From Polyangiales bacterium (lineage in GTDB: Bacteria > Myxococcota_A > Polyangia > Polyangiales > Polyangiaceae): 64,000 nucleotides of DNA. Location of the stretch: assembly GCA_038230375.1 (NCBI GenBank), contig JBBRNJ010000028.1, positions 1 through 64,000 of the forward strand, written 5' to 3'. How positions within the stretch are numbered: the first letter of the stretch is position 1; the number at the start of each line of letters is the position of its first letter. The position numbers and the translations under genes are program-made. Shown piece by piece: positions 56,971 to 64,000 of the stretch. The notes below the pieces were generated by a model. That model did not search any database, was not told the origin of the DNA, and saw only the letters and a program-made list of their open reading frames with translations.

Positions 56971-57504
56971 GTGAGCTTTCTTCGACGCAGCTGGGACTTC
57001 GCGAAGCGCCTCTACCGAGCGGCGAAGGACGAGCGCGCGTCGCCCAGGGAGATCGGCTGGGCGGTCGGCATTGGCGTCTTCGTCGGCTGCTCGCCGGCGC
57101 TCGGCTTCCACGGACTCGTCGCGCTCGGTGCGGCCACGCTGTTCAAGAAGAACCGACTGTTTTGCTGGATCGGGTCGCGCGTGTGTAACATGATCACGCT
57201 CCCGTTCGTCGTGCTCGCCGAGATCGAGATCGCGCGCTTCCTTCGAACCGGACAGTGGCTCGCACTCGACCGCGACAAGGTGCTCGAGCAGGCGCCATCC
57301 CTGCTCCTCGACTGGTCGCTCGGTCTCGTGCCCGTCGGGGGGGGGCTCGCGCTCGTGTTCGGGTTCGGCTCGTTTGCGTGGGCGCGGTATCGAGCCGCGC
57401 GGTCCACGAGCCGAAAATTGGCCCCCGTCGAGGATGTATCCCACAATGTCCTACATGAACGAGAAAGCCGACTCTCAGGAGCGCCGCCGCCGCCGAAGCC
57501 ATGA
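56971..57504 (+). CDS. DUF2062 family membrane protein
   Basis: SPREIGWAVGIGVFVG..P..GFH pattern. Confidence 0.75.
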   Translation: MSFLRRSWDFAKRLYRAAKDERASPREIGWAVGIGVFVGCSPALGFHGLVALGAATLFKKNRLFCWIGSRVCNMITLPFVVLAEIEIARFLRTGQWLALDRDKVLEQAPSLLLDWSLGLVPVGGGLALVFGFGSFAWARYRAARSTSRKLAPVEDVSHNVLHERESRLSGAPPPPKP

Positions 57505-57847
57505 TCCGCTGGTGGCGCTGCACTACCAGCTCTCCCACGCACGGACCGAAGGCGACCTCGACGCGATCGTCGTAGCGGACGCGTCTGGACTGGTGGTGGC
57601 GGGCGCGGGGTCGTGGGCGGTGTGCGAAGAGCTGGCCGCGTATGCGCCGTTCCTCGCATCGAAGGACCAGGGCAACGGCGAGGACTCCGTGTCCTCGCGC
57701 ATCGCCGCGCTCCGGGGCACCGTCGATGTCGAGACGCTCTCGCTCGGTTCCCAGGAGGTCCTCATCTGCGCGCGTGGCGGACGCGCCCGCAAGGAAAGCC
57801 TCCGTTCGGCGGCGCTTGGCGTCGACCGCATTCTCCGCGTGGCGTAG
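57455..57847 (+). CDS. Hypothetical protein, Roadblock/LC7-like
   Basis: AIVVADASGLVVA...EELAA pattern. Confidence 0.55.
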   Translation: MNEKADSQERRRRRSHDPLVALHYQLSHARTEGDLDAIVVADASGLVVAGAGSWAVCEELAAYAPFLASKDQGNGEDSVSSRIAALRGTVDVETLSLGSQEVLICARGGRARKESLRSAALGVDRILRVA

Positions 57848-57856
57848 GCTCGTCTC

Positions 57857-58384
57857 ATGAGCGATGAGTCCGGTGACCCGAAGAAGAGCCGACTCGAGAG
57901 CGTGATCCCCGGCATCTTGAAGCGCGGCATGGAGAAGGCTGTCGAGAAGACGCTCGAGGCGCCCGCCGATCTCAAGAGCTTCATGACGGACCTGAAGCTC
58001 CCGAAGGAGATCGCGCACTACCTCTTCTCGCAGGTCGACGAGACGAAGAACGGCCTCTTCCGCGTGGTCGCGCACGAGATGCGCGATTTCCTGGAGCACA
58101 CGAACTTCGCCGGTGAGATGCAGAAGATCCTCACGACCGTGCAGTTCGAGATCAACACGACCATCCGCTTTCGCCCCAACGACGGCGAGAAGGCCGAGCG
58201 CTCCGACAAGGACGGCGACGAGCCATCCGCCGGCGCCAGCGAAGGTGATGGCGGCAAGCCCGGTCGCCCCGAGGTGAAGACCAACGTCACCGTACGTCGC
58301 GAGCGCGCCGAGCGGGAAGAGCGACGGCGGCGCGGCGGGCGCAGCGGCGGTGATGAACCCGGCAAGCCGGACAAGGCGGACTAG
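57857..58384 (+). CDS. Hypothetical protein
   Basis: Helical core LPKEIAHYLFSQVDETK; charged tail. Confidence 0.7.
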   Translation: MSDESGDPKKSRLESVIPGILKRGMEKAVEKTLEAPADLKSFMTDLKLPKEIAHYLFSQVDETKNGLFRVVAHEMRDFLEHTNFAGEMQKILTTVQFEINTTIRFRPNDGEKAERSDKDGDEPSAGASEGDGGKPGRPEVKTNVTVRRERAEREERRRRGGRSGGDEPGKPDKAD

Positions 58385-58482
58385 CGCGGACTAGGCGGAC
58401 CAGGCGGTCCAGCGCGACATCGTTGCGGCTCGTGAGAGAAGCCCGGAAAGCACCGGTCTTCCTGTGGTAGCTTGGGCGAACG

Positions 58483-58962
58483 ATGGCAAAGGCTCTTCAT
58501 GCGGGGGGAGAAGTCGATGCGTGGTGCACCAAGTGCAAGCTGGTGCTCAATCACCGCATCATCGCGATGGTGGCCACGAAGCCCGTCCGGGTCGAGTGCT
58601 CCACCTGTAGCTCGCACCACAATTTTCGCGGCCATGCGCCCGGCGACAAGCCTGCGGCAGGCGGCAGCGCATCCTCCGGGACGCGTCGCGTGACCGGTGG
58701 AGCTGGTCCTGCCTCCGCGCGCGGCCCCACGAAGGCGGTGCAAGCAGCGCTCGATCGCGAGCGCAGCTGGGAGAGGGCCGTGTCGGGCCACACCGTCGGG
58801 GAGTTCAAGCCGTACCGCGTGTCCGGAATGTTCACCGAAGGAGAGCTCATTCGTCATTCGAAGTTCGGTGATGGCATCGTCACCCGCATCATCGACACGA
58901 AGAAGATCGAGATCCTCTTCAAGGACGATACGCGCACCCTGGCCCAGGGCCTCACGGACTGA
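58483..58962 (+). CDS. Zn-ribbon + Tudor-like (HxxFGxG) hypothetical protein
   Basis: CTKC...CSTC; LIRHSKFGDGIV. Confidence 0.75.
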   Translation: MAKALHAGGEVDAWCTKCKLVLNHRIIAMVATKPVRVECSTCSSHHNFRGHAPGDKPAAGGSASSGTRRVTGGAGPASARGPTKAVQAALDRERSWERAVSGHTVGEFKPYRVSGMFTEGELIRHSKFGDGIVTRIIDTKKIEILFKDDTRTLAQGLTD

Positions 58963-58975
58963 AGGCTCACCTGGC

Positions 58976-61702
58976 GTGCGCGCGACTCCGCTCTACGCAA
59001 TCCTTCTTTCGCTCGCGCTATCTCCGCGACCTGCCGCGGCCGCTGGCGATCCGGCGGAGCTCGAGATCGCGCCTGGGGAGCACGGTGAGCTGGGCATCCT
59101 GATGCTGCAGGGTCCCTTCCCTGCGCAGAACGCGCCGGCCGCGCCGCTGGCTTCTGGCAGGTGGACGTCCGCCATGAACCGGATGGGCGTGGTGGACGTG
59201 GCGCGCGGCAAGACCCACACGGACGCGGTGATGTTCGCGCGGCTCGCGCTCGACGTGACGGTCGAGGCCGACTACGTGCTCATGCTCGGCACCGACGACG
59301 GCGTGACCGTGCTCGCCGACGGCGCCCGCATCTACGAACGCGATGTGGCGCGTCCGCTCCGCGAGGACGACGACATGCTGCCGCTCCACCTCACGCGCGG
59401 GCGCCACGAGGTCACGCTGCGGCTCCATCAACGGTCCGGCGCGTGGACAGTGAAGGTCCGCCTCACGGGCAGCGACCTTCGCGCCACCGGCGCCGTGGCG
59501 CTCATGGTGCCGCGCGACGCCGTGACGGACGCGGATCTGATGTCGCTCACCAGCGTGCAGTTCGATCGCGGGCTTGGACCACAGGGCCTCTCGCCGCGGA
59601 TCGTCGTGCAGTTTCCCGCTGGATTTCCCCGTGATCTGGCGCTGCCCGTTCGTGCCACGCTGGTGACCCCGGGCCGCACCGTCTTCACGCTGCCATGCGG
59701 CGAGGCGCGGGCGCAGAACGGAATCGCGAGAGACTACGAGGTGAGCCTGCCGCAGGTGGCGCCGGCCGACGTTCCACCTGGCACACGGCTCTCGCTCGTC
59801 GTGGGCTCGCGAACGCTGAGCCTCCCCGTCGCCGCGCCGGAAGACGTCGTGCGCGCAGTGGCTCGCGCGCGCGCCGAGCTCTCGAAATCGCCACGCGACG
59901 GTGAGGATCCGGACCTGCGCCCCACGCTCCGCTTGCTGGCGGACCGGCTCCTTCGCTTCACGAACGATGGCGACACGGACTACCCCGCGCTCGATGCGGA
60001 GGCAGCGGACCTGTCACGCGTGCTCTCCGCAGTCGAGGCCGGCACCGACCCATGGAAGGAGCGCGTGGGACCGCACCGCCGCGCCTATCTGTCGACCTCC
60101 GACGGCATGCCGCAAGAGCTCGCCGTCTACGTGCCGCCCGGCTACGATCCGAAGCGAAAGCTCCCGCTCGTGGTCGCGCTGCACGGCCTGGATGGCTATC
60201 CCATGGCGATGCTGCGCTGGTTCTTCGGCAAGGACGAGACCGGAAAGGATCAGAGCTGGGAAGAGCGACACGACACGCCGTTGCCTGCGCTCGGGGCCAT
60301 CGTGATCGCGCCCAACGGGCATGGCAACACGATGTACCGGGAGCAAGGAGAGGATGACGTGCTCGCCGCGCTCGCATGGGCCAGACGGCACTACAGCATC
60401 GATGATTCCGCGATCACCATCACCGGCCCGTCGATGGGCGGGATGGGCGCCGCGGCGATCCCTCTTCGTCATCCCGACCTCTTCGCAGCGGCCGCGCCGC
60501 TGTGCGGCTACCACAGCTACTTCATCCGCCGCGACATCGGACCGGTCACGCGGCGACCCTGGGAGCAGTTCGTGGCAGAGGAGCGTTCGAACGCGCTCTG
60601 GGCGGAGAACGGACGCAGCCTCCCGCTCTACATCGTTCACGGGCAGCGCGATCTGCCGGTCGAGAACAGCCAGGTCCTCATCGATCGGTACGAGGCGCTC
60701 CACTACGCCGTGGTGCACGAGCACCCGGATCTGGGGCACAACGTGTGGCAGACGAGCTACGAAGACTTGAAGCTCGCCAAATGGCTCGTGGGAAAGCGCC
60801 GCCGCTTCGATCGCGATCACGTCGTCATGAAGACCACGAGCTCTCGCACCGGCGACGTGGGGTTCGTTCACCTCGACGCGCTCGCCGCGTACGGTGCGTG
60901 GGCCACCGTCGACGCACGCCGCACCCGCGCCGACGTGGTGGTGAAGACGACCAACCTGCGCGCGCTGCACCTCGATCGTGATTCGATTCCCGACGGAGCG
61001 CCGCCCGCTGCCATGCGCGTCACGGTCGACGGTGCGTTGCTGTCGTTCGCCCCGGAAGAGCCGCTCGCGCTTCATCGCGTTGACGGCGCATGGGCGAAGG
61101 GGCGGCTCGAGCCAGGACCGCCGACGAAGCACGGCCACGTGACTGGCCCTTTCCGCGATGTGTTCCGCGAGCCCGTGCTCTTTGTCTACGGTGCATCCGA
61201 TCCCGAGGGCGTCGTGGCCAACGAGACCGTGGCCCGCTACCACGCCCGCGGAAAGAACTACGTGTCCGTGCGCTACCCCGTCATGAGCGATCGCGAGTTC
61301 CGCGAGCGCGGCGAGCGCATCGATCAGGATCGCCCGCTTTTTCTCGTGGGAAACGCGAAGGAGAACTCGCTCGTTCGCGAGCTGGAGGAGGCGTTTCCGA
61401 TCAAGGTTCTGGGCGATGCGATCACCGTCGGCGGCACTGCATTCCGCGGAGTGGAGATCGGAGCGGCGTTCATCCGCCCGAATCCGCGGAACCCGGAGGC
61501 CTACGTCGCGGTGATCGAGGCTGTGACTCCGCTCGGGACGATGCGCGCGATGTCACTACCCGACATCCTTCCCGACTACGCGGTCTACGATCACGCCGTG
61601 GCGCCATCGCGAGGACAGCTGATCCTCGGCGCCGGCAACCTGGTCACGGGTGGCATGTTCGGGAGCGACTGGTCACTCAGCGCGAACGGCCACGGCCCTT
61701 GA
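58976..61702 (+). CDS. Large secreted alpha/beta-hydrolase (esterase/S9-like) with an N-terminal beta-sandwich
   Basis: Signal peptide; LGTDDG; PLVVALHG, GPSMGG nucleophile elbow, HGQRD, GHNVW. Confidence 0.8.
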   Translation: MRATPLYAILLSLALSPRPAAAAGDPAELEIAPGEHGELGILMLQGPFPAQNAPAAPLASGRWTSAMNRMGVVDVARGKTHTDAVMFARLALDVTVEADYVLMLGTDDGVTVLADGARIYERDVARPLREDDDMLPLHLTRGRHEVTLRLHQRSGAWTVKVRLTGSDLRATGAVALMVPRDAVTDADLMSLTSVQFDRGLGPQGLSPRIVVQFPAGFPRDLALPVRATLVTPGRTVFTLPCGEARAQNGIARDYEVSLPQVAPADVPPGTRLSLVVGSRTLSLPVAAPEDVVRAVARARAELSKSPRDGEDPDLRPTLRLLADRLLRFTNDGDTDYPALDAEAADLSRVLSAVEAGTDPWKERVGPHRRAYLSTSDGMPQELAVYVPPGYDPKRKLPLVVALHGLDGYPMAMLRWFFGKDETGKDQSWEERHDTPLPALGAIVIAPNGHGNTMYREQGEDDVLAALAWARRHYSIDDSAITITGPSMGGMGAAAIPLRHPDLFAAAAPLCGYHSYFIRRDIGPVTRRPWEQFVAEERSNALWAENGRSLPLYIVHGQRDLPVENSQVLIDRYEALHYAVVHEHPDLGHNVWQTSYEDLKLAKWLVGKRRRFDRDHVVMKTTSSRTGDVGFVHLDALAAYGAWATVDARRTRADVVVKTTNLRALHLDRDSIPDGAPPAAMRVTVDGALLSFAPEEPLALHRVDGAWAKGRLEPGPPTKHGHVTGPFRDVFREPVLFVYGASDPEGVVANETVARYHARGKNYVSVRYPVMSDREFRERGERIDQDRPLFLVGNAKENSLVRELEEAFPIKVLGDAITVGGTAFRGVEIGAAFIRPNPRNPEAYVAVIEAVTPLGTMRAMSLPDILPDYAVYDHAVAPSRGQLILGAGNLVTGGMFGSDWSLSANGHGP

Positions 61703-62885
61703 CGCGGCTGGTGTCTTCCGTCGCGCCGATGCCGCCAGCAGTGCCGGTCGTGCGCGTGCGACCGTAACGGCCACCGCCAAGCTCGGGACGGGCGCTCGTC
61801 CCCTGGCTCCCGGCCTGACCCCCGCTCTGGCCTCGGGTCGGGCCGCTGGCCTGGCCTGAGCTCCGCCCGCGTCCAGCAGGGCGGGCATCCGCGCTGGTCT
61901 GGCCGGTGGGCGCGGACCGTCCGCGGCCTGCACCGCCACCCCAGTCCTCCTTCACCTCGTAGCCGCGACGGCCGGGGCTTCCGCCGCCGTACCGCGCGCC
62001 TTCCGTTCTATCGCCCTGCTGCGTGGGTGCAGCCTTCCCACGTCCGCCGCCCTTCGGTCGTGCGCTGTTCGCACGGGTCCGCGGGCTCCGCCCGGTGTTC
62101 ACGCGCGCGTTTCCGAGCTGTTTCAGATCCTCGGTGCCCACGGCAAGCTTCTTGGGAACGCCGTACCGCTTGCGGAGATCGTGGAGTTCCTCGCGCGTGA
62201 CGGCGCGCAGTGCGCCAGGCGCGAGTCCCTCGGTCGTGATGCCCGCGAACGAGATCCGGGACAGCCGCATCACCGGGTAGCCCGTGGCCTCACCCATGCG
62301 GCGGATCTGCTGGTTCCGACCTTCGGTGAGCGTGATGTAGAACCACGTCTTGTCGTCCTCGAACCGGTCGAACTTCACGTCCGCGGGCTTCGTCTTGCCG
62401 TCGGAGAGCGAGATGCCCCTGCGCCAGTTCTCCAGGTCCACGTCCAGCATGCGGCCGCTGACCTTCACGATGTACATCTTGGGCACGTCCGTGCGCGGGT
62501 GCAGCAGCCCGTTCATGAACTCGCCGTCGTTGGTGATGAGCAGCGCGCCGGAGGTGGCGAAGTCGAGCCGACCCACCGGGAAGACGCGCGCCTTGATGTT
62601 CGGGAAGCGCGCGAGCGCCTCCTTCACGGACGGACGGCCCTCGGGGTCCGACAGGGTCGACACCACGCCGCGGGGTTTGTGAAAGATGTAGTATACAAGG
62701 TTTTCTGCGACGAGCCGCGTGCCGTCCACCTCGATGCGATCGTTCGCGGGGTCTGCCTTGGCGCCGAGCTCCGACACGACGTGCCCGTTCACGCGGACGC
62801 GCCCGCTCGTGATCATGTCTTCGGCGTGCCTGCGTGAGGCGATGCCCGCCCGTGCGAGGATCTTCTGGAGGCGTTCGCTCTTCAC
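61677..62885 (-). CDS. rluB: rRNA pseudouridine synthase (RluB/RsuA family) with an S4 domain and Gly/Arg-rich tail
   Basis: ERLQKILARAGIASRR, PVGRLD, LITNDG, EGRNQQIRRM. Confidence 0.88.
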   Translation of the reverse strand: MKSERLQKILARAGIASRRHAEDMITSGRVRVNGHVVSELGAKADPANDRIEVDGTRLVAENLVYYIFHKPRGVVSTLSDPEGRPSVKEALARFPNIKARVFPVGRLDFATSGALLITNDGEFMNGLLHPRTDVPKMYIVKVSGRMLDVDLENWRRGISLSDGKTKPADVKFDRFEDDKTWFYITLTEGRNQQIRRMGEATGYPVMRLSRISFAGITTEGLAPGALRAVTREELHDLRKRYGVPKKLAVGTEDLKQLGNARVNTGRSPRTRANSARPKGGGRGKAAPTQQGDRTEGARYGGGSPGRRGYEVKEDWGGGAGRGRSAPTGQTSADARPAGRGRSSGQASGPTRGQSGGQAGSQGTSARPELGGGRYGRTRTTGTAGGIGATEDTSRVKGRGRSR

Positions 62886-62919
62886 GGATTTTCTCGGGTC
62901 GGCGGGTTACGGGGCCTGG

Positions 62920-63696
62920 CTACTTCTTCGGTCTCTTCGCGCCTGCATCGGCCGGCGCGCCTGCGTCGACGGGGCTTGACGAGACACCTGCATCCATCGC
63001 CGCGAGGGCCTTCTTCTCGTCCTGCTCCTGCGCGTACTTCATGGCCTCGTCGCGGTCCCAGCGATCGACGTGTCCGTCGAACGAGTCGTCCACGCCGACG
63101 CGCTCGAGGTGACCCTTCGTGTAGATCTCCCAGACGTCAGGCTTGCCATCGAAGTTGCGGTCGCGGCGGATGCGATTCAGCTGACCGTCGAGATAGAACT
63201 TCCACACGTCGGCCTTGCCGTCGTGGTTTGTGTCCAGGTCCTCCTCCGCGATGCGTCCATCGACGAAGGTGAGCCACACGTCGCTCTTGCCGTCGTAGTC
63301 GCGATCCGACTCTTCCTTGACGGCTTCGCCCTTGGCGTTGAACGTACGAATGACGTCCTTGATACCGTCGAGGTTGGTGTCGATCTCACGGCAGACGAGC
63401 GTCTTGTGGCGGGAGTCCCCCTCGCCCTCCATGCGATAGACGCGGCGCACGTTCGGCTTCAGCGCGCCCGGTCCCGCGGTCTCGGCGATCTCGAGCTCCG
63501 GCTTGCCGCGCCAATCGCAGCGCGAGTGGTCGTCTGCAGGCCACTTGCTCGGGTCGTGCGAGCCGCCGGGTGTGACGGCAGTGGTGCCCGTGCCAATGGG
63601 AGCGCGCTCCTTGTTTCCGCCGCCGCAAGCGACGACCAGACCGAGCCCCACGGGACCGATCGACCATGCGATGAATGATGCGAGAGAGCGCTTCAT
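62920..63696 (-). CDS. Lipoprotein with DxNxDGxxDxW repeats
   Basis: Lipobox VVAC; DTNLDG, DRDYDG, DTNHDG, DRNFDG, DDSFDG. Confidence 0.75.
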   Translation of the reverse strand: MKRSLASFIAWSIGPVGLGLVVACGGGNKERAPIGTGTTAVTPGGSHDPSKWPADDHSRCDWRGKPELEIAETAGPGALKPNVRRVYRMEGEGDSRHKTLVCREIDTNLDGIKDVIRTFNAKGEAVKEESDRDYDGKSDVWLTFVDGRIAEEDLDTNHDGKADVWKFYLDGQLNRIRRDRNFDGKPDVWEIYTKGHLERVGVDDSFDGHVDRWDRDEAMKYAQEQDEKKALAAMDAGVSSSPVDAGAPADAGAKRPKK

Positions 63697-64000
63697 TTCT
63701 TGCCTTTCTTCGGCTTCGCGCCAGCATCAGCAGACACGCCCGCGTCGCCCGGGCCCGTTGTGTCCGCAACCGGGGCCGGAGGGGGCGGCGGAGGCGGTGG
63801 CGGTGGCGGCGCTGTCATCCCACCGTCGACGTTTGCGCCGAGAGGCATGGGCGCCCCTCCTTCCTTCCCGTTGTCTCCCATGACGACGGTGGACTCCGGA
63901 TCCGGAAGGCCATCGCCGTTGCGGTCCATCGCGATGGTGACCTTGTCACCCTCGTACGTCCACCACTGGTCGATGCGTCCGTCGTTGGTCGAGTCGCGCT
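63693..64000 (-). CDS. 3' end of a similar DxDxDG-repeat protein (5' part outside the window)
   Basis: RDSTNDGRIDQWW, DRNGDGLPD, Pro-rich tail. Confidence 0.65.
   Translation of the reverse strand, partial: RDSTNDGRIDQWWTYEGDKVTIAMDRNGDGLPDPESTVVMGDNGKEGGAPMPLGANVDGGMTAPPPPPPPPPPPAPVADTTGPGDAGVSADAGAKPKKGKK

Overview
GC-rich bacterial chromosomal segment. Gene content (gliding-type TPR/Ser-Thr kinase proteins, bactofilin, many 'DAG'-linker lipoproteins, kinase plus TPR pair, kamDE) suggests a myxobacterium (Myxococcota, Polyangiales-like); this is inference, not a database result. It is mostly core genome: a SahR-type regulator with metH (interrupted by an in-frame TAG), rnpB, maf, ygfZ-like, kamDE, lptD-like, mpg, gloB, a split complex I cluster (nuoABCD / unrelated gene / nuoGHI, with no nuoEF or nuoJ-N in the window), purA-hisZ, xerC-like and rluB-like, plus many envelope proteins. 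No CRISPR array, tRNA, rRNA, prophage or intact IS was seen. Best leads: (1) an ~1800-aa EAD-like + kinase + TPR + inactive M48-like protein; (2) a Ser/Thr kinase + TPR pair divergent from an ECF sigma with a non-canonical DAED motif and a TGTC-N8-GACA palindrome; (3) two 'sulfatases' with Thr at the nucleophile position (LtaS-like phosphotransferase signature); (4) the gene in the nuoEF slot, with a 22-bp tandem duplication and a GTAG hairpin; (5) the amber stop in metH; (6) recurrent leaderless or short-leader promoters.
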